This document shows, piece after piece, positions 49,801 through 61,509 of a stretch of DNA of 64,000 nucleotides (position 1 is its first letter; the number at the start of each line of letters is the position of its first letter). The position numbers and the translations under genes are program-made. The notes below the pieces were generated by a model. It worked only from the letters and a program-made list of their open reading frames with translations, had not been told where the DNA came from and did not search any database. The stretch spans positions 1 through 64,000 of the forward strand of contig ML978136.1 of the NCBI GenBank assembly GCA_010015805.1, written 5' to 3'. The DNA is from Rhizodiscina lignyota. Its lineage: Eukaryota.

Positions 49801-50420
49801 CACATTGGTGCTTGCCCACATTGTGGACACAATGGGTGTGGCGACTGCCAAGCAGGATAACGATATCTGAAAGTCCAAGGAGCAATTCGGACCTCTCAGA
49901 GGTTGGATACCCGGCCACAACTCTCAACATGAATTGCTAATTCTGTTTTGTACAGTACATCTACCTACGTCTTTCCAAATTCTCCTCTTTGACAATCCTC
50001 CCGCGTGGATCCAAATAAAGTTCCGCCTCACGGCTACAGACGTTGTTCACGATTTCCATGGATGGTTAACTCTCAGTCCTAGCGTTGTTCGGCGCAGTAC
50101 GAGAAGGCGAAAAGATGCGATAGGCGACTGCTCTATGTTGTGCTTTGACATATTGCAAGGATTGTGGGATAGGTCTTAGAATACACACCGAGGGATCTTA
50201 GATTTTTCAGCGGACGTTTTGCTTCACAGATATACCCCGTACCCCAAACTAGTTTTTCGAACCTTGCATTACGAGCCTCAAATAATTTCCAATTTATCCA
50301 CTGAAAGAAAATCCCCTTGATCCGCGTACAATAAAGCCTACCGGCGCGGATTTGTGATGTATTGGCAAGTTTGCTCCTTTGTACCTAACATTGAATGCGC
50401 AACCACGTTCCTGCCAATTA

Positions 50421-50705
50421 GGCTAAATCAAGGTCTCCGGACGTCACCATCCTTTGAACAAAAATCCTCATCAACTTCCTGGCACATCGACGAGGCCTGC
50501 GGGGAAGAGCGCACACCTGCAGGAACAACTCCCCAGAGGAGAATCCCCGCGCACTAGACAGCACGATGTCGATCCACCGTTCGTGATTCAGGCAAAATGC
50601 CTTGGCCTTTAGCCTCAACATCACGCCGTTATGGTAAACATGGAATTTTTCTCGCTCAATTCCCCGGTCCAGGATATTGGATTCTCTACGTAGGTATATA
50701 ATAAA
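50421..50705 (+). promoter_or_regulatory. aguA promoter with XlnR-like (GGCTAAA) and CreA-like (SYGGRG) sites and TATA
   Basis: GGCTAAA at 50421-50427 (+) and 50608-50614 (-); SYGGRG matches at 50499, 50531, 50545, 50662; TATATAA at ~50695. Confidence 0.6.
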
Positions 50706-50771
50706 TGGAGAGTCGCGTGGCCTTGCGTTCTCCGGTAACGGGCCTTGTCTGCTGGTAGGTCGACATTCATC

Positions 50772-53291
50772 ATGCGTTGTCTCTTACTGCTCGCCTCTCT
50801 CGGCCTCGTGGCTGCAGAGAATGGATTGAATGCTTGGTTACGATACGCACCATTGCCTCGCGGCACCTACTCGCATGTTTCTCTCCCTTCCGACATTATT
50901 GCTCTGAACAGCTCACAGACCAGCCCGGTGTACACGGCTGGTCAAGAGCTGGCAAAAGGCTTCGAAGGCATCTTTGGCAAGCACGTCTCAGTGTCCCACA
51001 AAGCTTCGAAAGCTTCCTCATGCTTGGTGGTCGGGACCATTGACGAATACGAAAAGTCCTATGGCAAGCTGAAGAACGCTCCGGAGCTCAAGGACGATGG
51101 ATATTGGCTTAGCAACAAGGGCAGCACAATTCAGATCTTGGGGCAGAACGAGCGAGGTGCACTTTATGGCGCATTTCAATACCTGTCAATGCTTGCCCAG
51201 GGAGACTTCTCCAAAGTCGCCTATGCCAGCAGCCCTGCCACTGCAGCTCGATGGGTCAACCAGTGGGATAACATGGACGGAAGCATCGAGCGTGGCTATG
51301 GCGGCGCTTCAATATTCTTCAGCAACGGACTGGTAGTCGATGACTTGACTCGCGCTGGCGACTATGCCCGTATACTGGCTTCTATTGGCGTCAATACTGT
51401 CGTTGTAAACAACGTGAACGCTAATGTCACTACCCTGAGCACGGAGAACATCAAAGGCTTAGGCAGAATCGCAGACGTATTCCGTCCATACGGCGTACAG
51501 TTAGGCTTGTCTCTCAACTTTGCTGCTCCCAACACCAGCGGCACGGCCATTCCTCCGATCGGCACCTACGACCCCCTCGATCCAAAGGTCGTCGCGTGGT
51601 GGACGAACATGACAGAATTGATATACGACGCTGTCCCAGACATGGCTGGCTATCTCGTGAAGGCTGACTCTGAAGGTCAACCGGGCCCTCTTGTCTACAA
51701 CCGTACTCTGTCCGATGGCGCCAATCTCTTTGCCAGACCTCTTCAGCCACATGGCGGTATCGTCATGTTCCGAGCATTTGTCTACAATTTGCTGAATGAA
51801 TCGGATTGGAAGGCTGACCGCGCAAAGGCTGCCGTTGACTTCTTTAAGGATTTGGACGGAAAGTTCGAGGACAACGTGGTAATTCAAATCAAGTTCGGAC
51901 CGATTGACTTCCAGGTTCGTGAGCCGACCTCGCCTCTGTTCGCCAATCTCTTCAAGACCCCCACTGCTATTGAATTGGAAGTTGCACAGGAGTACCTTGG
52001 ACAGCAATGCCACCTGGTCTACCTGCCACCCCTTTGGAAGACGGTCCTTGACTTCGACCTCCGAGTACAGAACAAGCCGTCCCTTGTCCGCAACATCATT
52101 TCCGGCGAGAGATTCAACCACAAGCTTGGAGGCACAGTTGCTGTCGTTAATGTCGGTACGAATACTACCTGGCTCGGCAGCCACTTGGCCATGTCCAATC
52201 TTTATGCCTTTGGACGTCTGGCTTGGAATGCCGATCAAGATCCTCAAGACATTCTTCAAGACTGGATCCGCCTTACCTTCAACGGCAACCCCACAGTCGT
52301 CGACTCCATCACCCAGATGTCAATGGAGTCTTGGCCGGCGTACGAGAACTACAGCGGCAACCTCGGCATCCAAACCCTCACTGACATCCTCTTCAACCAC
52401 TACGGGCCGCGTGCCGCGTCTCAGGAACTCAATGGCTACGCTCAATGGACGCGTGCAGACCATGACAGCGTCGGTATGGACAGGACGCTGAAAAATGGTA
52501 CGGGTTACTCGCGCCAGTACCCTGATGAAATCTACAACATGTACGAGAACATTGACACTACGCCTGACAACCTGCTGCTGTGGTTCCACCATGTCAACTG
52601 GACACACCAACTGCACAGCGGCAAGACAGTCATCCAGCACTTCTATGATGCACACTACGACGGTTCTAATATGGCCCAGACGTTCGTGCCAACATGGGAG
52701 ACACTGAAAGGCAAGATTGACAATGAGCGATACAACGACGTGCTCTTCCGCCAGACGTACCAGGCTGGCCACTCGCTCGTGTGGCGCGACAGTATCGTCA
52801 ACTACTTCCACAACATGACCTCGATCCCCGACAAGCACGGGCGCGTTGGGAACCACCCATGGCGCATCGAAGCCGAGGACATGGAGCTCGACGGGTACAA
52901 AGTGTACCAAGTGAATCCGTTTGAAGCGGCCTCGAATGCGAACGCAATCGTCACGATCACGAACAGCACTACGGGCACCGCGACCACGAAGCTCAAGTTT
53001 GAGTCTGGCACGTACGACTTTGCCGTCAACTACTTCGACCAGATCGGCGGCAAGGCGACGTGGAAGGCGTACATTGATGATCGTCTGGTGGCGGAGTGGA
53101 TTGGAAATATGGAGGACACGCTCGGGCATGCGCCGAGTCCGTACTTGGATAGCAGCAGCGCGATAAGGAAGACGTGGCATGGTGTTAAGATTAAGAAGGG
53201 TGATACGTTGAAAATTGTTGGCAAGGCGGATGGGATTGAGCCTGCGGGAGTGGACTATGTGTCCTTCCTGCCGAAGGGCATTGTTGATTAA
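50772..53291 (+). CDS. aguA: Secreted alpha-glucuronidase, GH67, intronless
   Basis: Signal peptide, ENGLNAWLRY, RWVNQWDNMDGSIERGYGG, VKADSEGQPGP, GPIDFQVREP, QEYLGQQCHL. Confidence 0.97.
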   Translation: MRCLLLLASLGLVAAENGLNAWLRYAPLPRGTYSHVSLPSDIIALNSSQTSPVYTAGQELAKGFEGIFGKHVSVSHKASKASSCLVVGTIDEYEKSYGKLKNAPELKDDGYWLSNKGSTIQILGQNERGALYGAFQYLSMLAQGDFSKVAYASSPATAARWVNQWDNMDGSIERGYGGASIFFSNGLVVDDLTRAGDYARILASIGVNTVVVNNVNANVTTLSTENIKGLGRIADVFRPYGVQLGLSLNFAAPNTSGTAIPPIGTYDPLDPKVVAWWTNMTELIYDAVPDMAGYLVKADSEGQPGPLVYNRTLSDGANLFARPLQPHGGIVMFRAFVYNLLNESDWKADRAKAAVDFFKDLDGKFEDNVVIQIKFGPIDFQVREPTSPLFANLFKTPTAIELEVAQEYLGQQCHLVYLPPLWKTVLDFDLRVQNKPSLVRNIISGERFNHKLGGTVAVVNVGTNTTWLGSHLAMSNLYAFGRLAWNADQDPQDILQDWIRLTFNGNPTVVDSITQMSMESWPAYENYSGNLGIQTLTDILFNHYGPRAASQELNGYAQWTRADHDSVGMDRTLKNGTGYSRQYPDEIYNMYENIDTTPDNLLLWFHHVNWTHQLHSGKTVIQHFYDAHYDGSNMAQTFVPTWETLKGKIDNERYNDVLFRQTYQAGHSLVWRDSIVNYFHNMTSIPDKHGRVGNHPWRIEAEDMELDGYKVYQVNPFEAASNANAIVTITNSTTGTATTKLKFESGTYDFAVNYFDQIGGKATWKAYIDDRLVAEWIGNMEDTLGHAPSPYLDSSSAIRKTWHGVKIKKGDTLKIVGKADGIEPAGVDYVSFLPKGIVD

Positions 53292-53437
53292 AAGCATCTC
53301 GATCAAATCATTGAGCAGATAGTCAAAAGGTACTTTAATTATCTGATATGATTTCACCAAACCGCAGCCGATTAAAGTGTTTAATAGGAACTATGCATAT
53401 ATATACAAATTCTAATTAACAGCTAATGGATCGAAAA

Positions 53438-53570
53438 GGTGGAATAGCTCGGCGGTCACGCCCTGGAGCATTCTTCCTCCTGAACACCGCTAGCTATACC
53501 GGATATAGTTAGGGCTGTTAGGTATGGGGAATAGGTTCGAATCCCGCGGGGATAGAACCTATTCTCTTTT
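53438..53570 (+). ncRNA. Putative Pol III-type structured ncRNA or tRNA-derived element
   Basis: A-box-like TAGCTCGGCGG (53445), B-box GGTTCGAATCC (53534), three hairpins, downstream T-runs; no canonical cloverleaf found by hand. Confidence 0.45.
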
Positions 53571-55954
53571 TGCTTTTTTGTTTTCCTTTTCGATTTCTCT
53601 CATTATTCCTCTGTTTACATAGCGAACATGTTATATGCACCAAATTTATTATTTTTAACATATGTTTTTGCCGGCCCTTTCAGTGGATTAGTCTAGTGTC
53701 GGTCAATGCAAAATTATACTGGATGCCTCAACCGTCCCCCAATTGGCTACTGGCACAGGAAACTCTTCATATAGAAAAATGACACGCCCAGTAACTCAGT
53801 GTGCATAATAACTCGGTGCTTGCCATGAGCATCGCGGCATCAGCAATGTCTTCTGGCTCACTGAATCCTTTACTGTTCAATGGATGTGCTACACAGCCTT
53901 TTTAAGTCTCTCCGCAAATTCCCCGTTAAGCCTACATAGAGGCTTGATGAGTACTCTAAGATAATGAAATGTAGCATCAAAACGTCAGTGTCTTGCCTCT
54001 CGTGCAGTTTGGAGCATGAGACAATCGACGGCGCTCGTCGTTACTATATTGAATGCTATGTGTATGGATGAGCAGACTGCACTGCACATTCCGCCTCTAT
54101 TTTCTTGGTCGAGGTTCCCATGACCTCATATAAGCCAAATGCTTCTCACGATTTCCATATCATACAATTATGTCCTGCACAGTGGTATCGTTGCCAAGTA
54201 TCCACCCCCTCATATTGTCACTTCCGCCCCGCTTTGTTGTCAAAGGTATCCAAGCTCCTAGGGAGCCATCGCATGGCGGCATCATATTGTCCATGTCCCA
54301 TGCTGAAGCCACGTTTGGCTTTCACAAAGATGGCATTGTCTTTGCCGTATTGACGCCGGATGAGCTCGTAGAGGTATAATCAATTTCCGTATGTGAGCGA
54401 ATACCGTCTGCTCTACCGGTTGACACGTGAATGATAAGGTAGGGTTGGAATAGAGATCAAAGGAGTGGATTCGCGCGTATGCGGAGGCGTATGTGAGCGC
54501 GATTGTACGCCGCGGACTGGATTCGGGGCTGGGAATGCGGACTGTGCGGTTGTTGGGACGCGTGAAAGGCATGATTTGGTTAGCAGATACTTGTAGAATT
54601 GACATTAAGGAGACCGTCCACTACAATTGTAAGAGAATAAAAGCAGAGGACTGAAATTGTGAACTCGACCAAGAGGAGAGTTTGAGATACTGTACTCCAT
54701 GTGGCGTTTAAATTGCAATACTTTCCAGAATGGTGCATAAACGAGATCATAAAGGGAGCCATTAGCACAATTGAAGCAATAATCGTTTCCACACTCTCTA
54801 AACAGGCCTTGGACATGAAGCGGCACCAAAGTCCTATCCAAAACGGAGATATCTACCCAGCTGCATGTGGATCTGGAGGCGCAATGTCCCGATGACTAAA
54901 CACGTTGAGTCCACGTGACAATGATCGACCCTCCAATCCAGTCCCAATGCAGGCGTCTCCACATCACCGCCAAAGAGCAAATCCACCAAGGCAACCTCGT
55001 AATTAGCATTCTGCTGCCACAGATGTCATGATTAGTGGGTGCAAGTGAAGAGGAAGAGGGCATTCTCGTCGAGAGGTCTACGACAGGCATTGCCACCAAG
55101 CCGTGAACATGAAAAGTCACCAGAGCAACGTTCGGGTATTGAGGCTATCGAGGGTGATTGCGATAGAATAAAAACAACATCATGTCGATGAAAAGGTCGA
55201 CGTGGCACGTCAAAAGCGTGGGCATTGTTGGCTGCAGAGAGTGAATCGGGGCACCCTCCCAAGGCTGGGCCGGCAAGCGGGCACGCACGTGCTTCTCCAC
55301 GATCGCCAGGACGATGGCAGCGAGTTTATCGGCAATAAGGTTTTAAGCCGCATCGCCATGCGCGTACCTTGCAGACGGCTCGTGGCAGTTTGGTTCGCGG
55401 AACGGCGAAGGGCAACATGTTTGGGGATCTGTAGATGGTCTCAGAGTGGGCTGGGGACGGGCAATATGTATATCAATCGAGTCGCAAACGCCGTTTCAGC
55501 ATGCGCACGAGACTTTTGAATAGTTTTGGGCGCGAAAAAGTGCGTTATTGTTGTTGCAATTGTTTTGGCGTTCGATTGTCGAAGCACGCTTATTTTGGTG
55601 CGCAGTCGCGCCGGCGTTGCGTTGTTTTGCCTAGCGCGCCAAGCCTGGTCGGTGCACACCCTGCCGCCTGCCACCCAAGTCTTCTCCCGCGCTCGCGCAG
55701 CTCCATCTCCAGAATCCTCCACTTTCCAAACACCTGCTGCACAAAAACTCTTCCCAAAAACCTCACTTCTTTCCTGCACTCTCGCACACTCTCGCACACT
55801 TCTGCCACGCATACGTGTACAGTAGTAGAGCGTGTCTTTGCACTCGCCGCTTGACTTTTGTATATCAACACTCGCGTCACTCGACGCTGCTCGCACGCAC
55901 TCCACTACTTCACCACACGTTCACAACAAAACACCACACAACACCATTCCCCCA

Positions 55955-58900
55955 ATGACGGGTCGTCGCAAGAAAGTCCTCGCGGACGATCCTCTCGCCG
56001 ACGATCCTGAAGATCTCGACTATGGCGCGCCGTCGCCAAAAAGACCTCGCAGCAGTGCTGGCAAGCCTAAACACTCGAAGAGTTCGGCTCGCCCGCGCAA
56101 GAGAAAACAACAGACCTACAACGACTCTGCCGATGACATTACTGACGACGAAGAAGACGATTCGCTAGAAGAGGAGTCGTTTGGTGGCTCAGACGCCGAG
56201 GAAGCGGCGCCGAAGGTGAATCCGCGCACTGGTCGCGCAACCAGGAGGGCGACCGAGAAAGTACTCAAGTACGAAGAAGTGTCCAGCGACTCCGATATTG
56301 GCGGCATTCCAGACTCTATCGAGGCAGACGAATCCGAACCTGAAGAAACTGGCAGCAAGAAGTCAATGATTTTCAAGTTCAAAGGAAAGAAAGTTGGCGC
56401 GTGGGTGGCTGCACAACAGAAAGAGGTGGCGCCCAGCAGGAAGCGAAGTGTTAGTGCGCGTGCCTCGGCCGACATACCTCGACGCAACACTCGTACTAGG
56501 TCGCAAGGTGCAGATGCAGGTCTGGAGCTGGACGAATCCGGCAAACGTCCTCGAGCAGTGCGCTCTACTTCTGGCACCCCAGGTCCGACCACACAGCGCT
56601 CAACTCGTGCTACCAAGGGTGTTAAGGGAACCAAGGGAGCGAAGTCGCGTCCCAGCATTATCGTGGAAGAAGATACTCAGGAGGGTTCATCGAAGGACGC
56701 AGCTGGTGACAGGGCTGGTCAAGAAGGAGATACTCAGGAGGGCTCATCGAAGGGGGCTCTTGCTGCAGAAGGTGGGCAAGCAAGCCCTGCAAGGACTGAT
56801 CACGAAGGAGATGTCATTATGGGCGAAGGAGATGTCATTATGGAGTCTCAGCATGAAGAGGAACTTGGAGAAGGAGAGGGACAAGGAGATGGACAGGGAG
56901 GTGGACAAGGACAGGATGAAGGTGGTGATGAAGATGAAGGCGATGAAGATGATGATGATGATGATGAAGATGATGAAGATGAAGGTCCGATATCGAGGCG
57001 TCGTCGCAAGACACAGCAGCCCAAGCCGCAGGTCGAGGAGGATGTCGAGTCGAGGCCGACCACAGGCTCGAAGCGCAAGCGCAAGGCCAAGGATGATAAT
57101 GATGACGACGATGTTGACTTCACGCCGGATGATGAAGAAGAAGGAGTGGACGACGACATGTCCGAGCCTGCTCCAAAGAAAAGGAGGGGCCGAGCTAGTT
57201 CGAACGAGAGCCATGATCGTAGGCGATCCGATACCTCTGTCGATTCCGATGAGCTGGCTGAGGAGGCTGCTGCGCTGGCCGAAGAGAGGACTCGTTCCTC
57301 AAGACGCCGTCGTAAGCAGACCCCTCTAGGGGATCAGCCAAGGGTTTCATTGAGAGGTCGACCTACACAGCCCGACTACCGACTCCGACGCCCAGAACTG
57401 GACGTTTTCTATGCCGAGCCAGACGAAGCTCCTCCCGCAGTTACCCCTCGCAACAACAGACGTGGTGCCGTGGCCGCTGCTTATCGAAGTCTCTTCCCAG
57501 TTGCTGGACCATTTGGTGGAACAGATGGTAACGCCGGTGCAGTCGACTCTGATAGCAGCGATGACGAGCCAACTGTGCGTCGTCGACCAACTCTCATCGG
57601 AGGCGCCGTTGGCATGACACCAAGTTCAGCAGGTGTTCCGAGCTATTTCCCCAAACCTCTCAACGCTGATCCAGCCGAATCTGGCATGAGGAAAATCAAA
57701 AACAAGGGCAACAATCTCGCTGATGCCGACGCGCTTGGTATCGACCCGGATATCACCTTCGACAGCGTGGGCGGACGCGGTGAGGAAATCAATGGGCTGA
57801 AAGAGATGGTAGTTATGCCGCTCCTCTATCCGGAGATGTACCAGAAGTTCCAAGTCACTCCTCCTCGTGGCGTCCTTTTTTCAGGTCCCCCTGGTACTGG
57901 CAAGACACTCATGGCTCGAGCATTGTGCAACACCAAGGTCTCCGGCAAGAAGATCACCTTCTACATGCGCAAGGCCGGCGATGTCCACAGCAAGTGGGTT
58001 GGTGAGTCTGAGCGACAGCTTCGCACACTCTTTGAGGAAGCTCGCAAGAATCAGCCTAGTATCATCTTCTTCGATGAGATCGACGGTCTGGCACCACAAC
58101 GCACTGGCGCCACAGACCAAAGCCACATCTCGATTGTCACAACTCTGCTCGCTCTCATGGATGGTATGGATGATAGAGGCCAAGTCGTTGTCATTGGCGC
58201 CACCAATCGACCTGGCAACATTGACGTTGCTCTTCGTCGCCCTGGTCGCTTCGACCGTGAGTTCTACTTCAGCCTTCCAAACGAGAAGGGTCGTCGCGAA
58301 ATCATCGATATCCACACGAAGGGTTGGTCTCCTCCTCTAATGCCGGACCTGAAGGATATGCTTGCTACGCGGACCGAGAACTTCTCAGGCGCAGATATTC
58401 GTTCTTTGTGCACAGAAGCTGCCATGAATGCCATCCAGGGCACGTATCCGCAGCTCTATTCGTCGACCCAGAAGCTTCAGATCGATGTCAACAAGATTCA
58501 GGTTACACCCAAGGACTTCATGATGGCTCTGGAGAAGGTCACTCCGTCGGGCGAGCGTGCTTCGACCACTGCTCTAGCATCAATGCCAAAGGAGCTTGAG
58601 CCTCTTCTTCGAGGACAGCTCCAGAAGATCATGAAGATTATCGATGAGGTTATTCCGCGGAAACAGAGATTCACGGCTCTGGAAGAAGCCGAGTTCGAGG
58701 ACCGTGGCTCTGCTTACGATGAGTTTGGCAAAGAGACACTCAAGAATGCGTTCGAAAAGAACCGCATTTATCGCCCTCGTCTGCTTATCCACGGCACACA
58801 AGGCATGGGCCAGCAGCATCTCGGCGCAGCTTTGCTCTCCAAGCTCGAGTCTCTGCATGTACAGTCGTTCGACCTGAGTACTCTCTTCGAAGACGGATCC

Positions 58901-60553
58901 TTGAGTCAAGAAGCCACCATCGTGCGGCTGTTCAGAGAAGTGCGCACTCACATGCCGAGTGTTATCTACATCCCGAACGTTGACATCTGGTACGATACTG
59001 TCGGTTCTGCTGTCATCAAGACCTTCATGTCGCAGCTCCGAAGCTTGCCGGCAAACTCTCCCGTCCTCGTTGTTGGAACTTTGGAGACCGAGATGCCATT
59101 GAAAGAATTACAGAAGAATGATGATGAATGGGCACAGTCGACATACGCTGAGATGATGCGGGACCTTTTCTCGTACTCTCGCAAGTCGCAGTACGAGGTT
59201 GGCCGACCTGATGAGCCCTCCCGACGAGAGTATTTCGAGGCTGTCACTTCATACATTCGCAAGCGGCCCGCCGATTTTCCCAGCGAGAACCGCAAGAAGC
59301 GCAAGTTGGATGTACTCCCAGTGATCGTAGAGGAGCCTAAGCCCCAGGCACCCCCATCCAAAGAGGAATTGAGGCAGCAGAGGAAGAACGATCGCATGAC
59401 GCTCAACCTGCTGAAGATCTCCATCCAGCCGATTATGGATCAAATTCGCACCAAGCACAAGAAGTTCCGCACCGCAATCATTGACGACGCCAGCTTGGCA
59501 TACCTCTACACAGAGCAAGACCCGACGAAGTTGAGCTCAGACCTCACTGCCGCGCAGCGTGCCGCTCAGCAGATCATGCGTCCTTACGAGCTCGAGAAGG
59601 ACAAGCATGGCATCATGGGGATCAAGGAGTCCGAATCCGGCAAGTTCTATTACAATCTCGACACGGTGATGATCGAGAAGCGCTTGTCGAACGGCTACTA
59701 CAAGCGTCCCAAGGACTTCCTTGCGGACATCAGGCGCATTGCGAAGGACGCCAAGACCCTTGGGGATGAAGACCGGATCCTCAAGGCGAACGAGATGCTT
59801 GCAAATGTCGAGGTCGACATCGAGACCATCCTCGAGGCTGGTAACCCAGACCTCGTTGCGGAGTGCGAGCGCGTGTACGGGAGAGAGTTGGAGAGGCAGA
59901 AGGAGGCCGCTGGTAAAGCGCAAGCGACTACCGGCGGAAGCCCTGCTCTCCCGTTCCCTCTCGTCATGCCGCCGCCTCCGCAAGGCTCGATGACGACCGA
60001 AGACACCGGCCCCATCGTGTTGGGCGAGAAGGTCCCTAGCAGGGAGTTCCTTCCGCCACTTCCCACCACGACCGCGCCGTCACAGCGCTCAGCGCTTGTG
60101 AAGGTGGCCGCCGGCTCGCATGCCGGTGACTACCTGAACAGCGCATCCACGACTACGTCCGGCCAGAAGGCCTCCGAGCGCGCATCTGGCGCCTCGGACC
60201 TTACCAACGGGCTGATCCCAGACTTCTCTGGGGTGGGGCAGGGGTTGGCCGGTAGCTCACAGCTGCCGGACACACAGGAGGATTCCTCCCAGCCCCTCCA
60301 CACCCTAGACGAGGCTCTGCTGGGTCAGCTGCACAACGAGCTGGCCGTTCGTACGTCGGGGTTGAGCGTAGAGCAACTGGAGCAGCTTAATGCTGCGATG
60401 ATGGATGCTGTGTGGCGGTTGCGGGGCGAGGCGGATCGCACAGCGGTGGTGCGTGGTGTCACCGAGGTGTTTAACGACACCATCGAGGACATCACCGCCA
60501 TGCAGCTGGTGCTTGATCCTTCGCAGCGCCACCGTGGTGGTCAAGTGGCGTGA
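55955..60553 (+). CDS. YTA7: Yta7/ATAD2 AAA+ ATPase with bromodomain-like region, single ORF
   Basis: Acidic N-terminus, GPPGTGKT, IIFFDEIDGLAP, ALRRPGRFDREFYF, second degenerate AAA domain (YRPRLLI), LSNGYYKRPKDFLADI. Confidence 0.95.
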   Translation: MTGRRKKVLADDPLADDPEDLDYGAPSPKRPRSSAGKPKHSKSSARPRKRKQQTYNDSADDITDDEEDDSLEEESFGGSDAEEAAPKVNPRTGRATRRATEKVLKYEEVSSDSDIGGIPDSIEADESEPEETGSKKSMIFKFKGKKVGAWVAAQQKEVAPSRKRSVSARASADIPRRNTRTRSQGADAGLELDESGKRPRAVRSTSGTPGPTTQRSTRATKGVKGTKGAKSRPSIIVEEDTQEGSSKDAAGDRAGQEGDTQEGSSKGALAAEGGQASPARTDHEGDVIMGEGDVIMESQHEEELGEGEGQGDGQGGGQGQDEGGDEDEGDEDDDDDDEDDEDEGPISRRRRKTQQPKPQVEEDVESRPTTGSKRKRKAKDDNDDDDVDFTPDDEEEGVDDDMSEPAPKKRRGRASSNESHDRRRSDTSVDSDELAEEAAALAEERTRSSRRRRKQTPLGDQPRVSLRGRPTQPDYRLRRPELDVFYAEPDEAPPAVTPRNNRRGAVAAAYRSLFPVAGPFGGTDGNAGAVDSDSSDDEPTVRRRPTLIGGAVGMTPSSAGVPSYFPKPLNADPAESGMRKIKNKGNNLADADALGIDPDITFDSVGGRGEEINGLKEMVVMPLLYPEMYQKFQVTPPRGVLFSGPPGTGKTLMARALCNTKVSGKKITFYMRKAGDVHSKWVGESERQLRTLFEEARKNQPSIIFFDEIDGLAPQRTGATDQSHISIVTTLLALMDGMDDRGQVVVIGATNRPGNIDVALRRPGRFDREFYFSLPNEKGRREIIDIHTKGWSPPLMPDLKDMLATRTENFSGADIRSLCTEAAMNAIQGTYPQLYSSTQKLQIDVNKIQVTPKDFMMALEKVTPSGERASTTALASMPKELEPLLRGQLQKIMKIIDEVIPRKQRFTALEEAEFEDRGSAYDEFGKETLKNAFEKNRIYRPRLLIHGTQGMGQQHLGAALLSKLESLHVQSFDLSTLFEDGSLSQEATIVRLFREVRTHMPSVIYIPNVDIWYDTVGSAVIKTFMSQLRSLPANSPVLVVGTLETEMPLKELQKNDDEWAQSTYAEMMRDLFSYSRKSQYEVGRPDEPSRREYFEAVTSYIRKRPADFPSENRKKRKLDVLPVIVEEPKPQAPPSKEELRQQRKNDRMTLNLLKISIQPIMDQIRTKHKKFRTAIIDDASLAYLYTEQDPTKLSSDLTAAQRAAQQIMRPYELEKDKHGIMGIKESESGKFYYNLDTVMIEKRLSNGYYKRPKDFLADIRRIAKDAKTLGDEDRILKANEMLANVEVDIETILEAGNPDLVAECERVYGRELERQKEAAGKAQATTGGSPALPFPLVMPPPPQGSMTTEDTGPIVLGEKVPSREFLPPLPTTTAPSQRSALVKVAAGSHAGDYLNSASTTTSGQKASERASGASDLTNGLIPDFSGVGQGLAGSSQLPDTQEDSSQPLHTLDEALLGQLHNELAVRTSGLSVEQLEQLNAAMMDAVWRLRGEADRTAVVRGVTEVFNDTIEDITAMQLVLDPSQRHRGGQVA
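56915..56983 (+). repeat. GAT/GAA trinucleotide low-complexity tract encoding a poly-D/E run
   Basis: GATGAAGATGATGATGATGATGATGAAGATGATGAAGATGAA within YTA7. Confidence 0.8.
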
Positions 60554-61509
60554 AGAGGGGACACTTCTTGCCCACATGGTGGGTATGTAGATAGGTAGAT
60601 AGTGAAGCGCCCGCAAGGGCGAGGCACTTGCCTCAATGACAAACAATGAACGAACAGCCGTGCCATAATCCCTATTGCCTCTCCTGTGATGATCTCGCTA
60701 AGGTAGAGGAGTGATGTCATTGAATCGAGCTGCCCTTGATTATCTAATCGAACTGTAGACGGAGCGTTCTCATTGGCCGCTCTGAGATAGGTAAATATCG
60801 TCATATTCAGTGCTCTGGTGCTGTTGTGGGCAATTCCTATCAACTGTGGTGCAGCCGGAGGTTACTGCCAGATTGGGTAGTGGTGATAGAAATTAGCGCT
60901 CGCAGCCCTGGTAATTTGCAGGGGTATACCGGAATAACCAAATAATCCGGGCAGATGCTTGGCGCTCAATACATGATTTTCTCCAAGTCAGAACAGCAAT
61001 TTGTCCCCCAAAATTGAGCTCGACGACACGATTCGACTAGGCCTGCAGTCTCCTTATCTAAATCTTTGACATAGGCGATCTGTATTTCTTACTTACCGGT
61101 ACTTGATGTGGCCGCCTCCTCTGCGCCGATGGGAAACCCTCTGCAACTCCTTTTCTAAGCATTTCCCACAGTAGTTTGCGCGCTTTGTATCACTAAGTTC
61201 GAACAGCAATCTTCAATTACTAAATTCTGCTTCAAAAATTGATTCAATTCGGGCTGGACTCTCCTTGTTCGAATCTAATCCTGAGGAGCTGGCTTGTATT
61301 TTCGGACTATCTAGTCGTCCGAAAGAGGCAAGTCCAAGCAGACCAATGACCAGCGCAAAGCGATAACGGCCGCACCTCAGTAGCTTTCCACTATGTAGCG
61401 TGGGTTTTGCTCGCCCCGCAGTCCCCAGGGCGCGGGCCCATATAGCGCCTCACCCTTCTTCTCAATTGATCTGTTGCTCAAGAAGCTCGAGGCAACGCAG
61501 ACGTGCAAG

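Noticed and set aside
52320..53360. 346-aa antisense ORF, and similar long shadow ORFs over mesA, YTA7 and the EF-hand gene
   Set aside because: Explained by codon bias of the real gene on the opposite strand or frame; no motifs.
53438..53556. Canonical tRNA call
   Set aside because: Acceptor and T stems do not pair in cloverleaf register and no anticodon arm could be assigned; kept only as a Pol III-like candidate.
54105..55905. Several 60-150 aa ORFs between aguA and YTA7
   Set aside because: No domain signal; the distal part looks like the YTA7 promoter/5' UTR with short CTCGCACACT repeats.
56660..56845. Short direct repeats in YTA7 (DTQEGSSK x2, EGDVIM x2)
   Set aside because: Ordinary slippage duplications in a disordered acidic region; not CRISPR-like or mobile.
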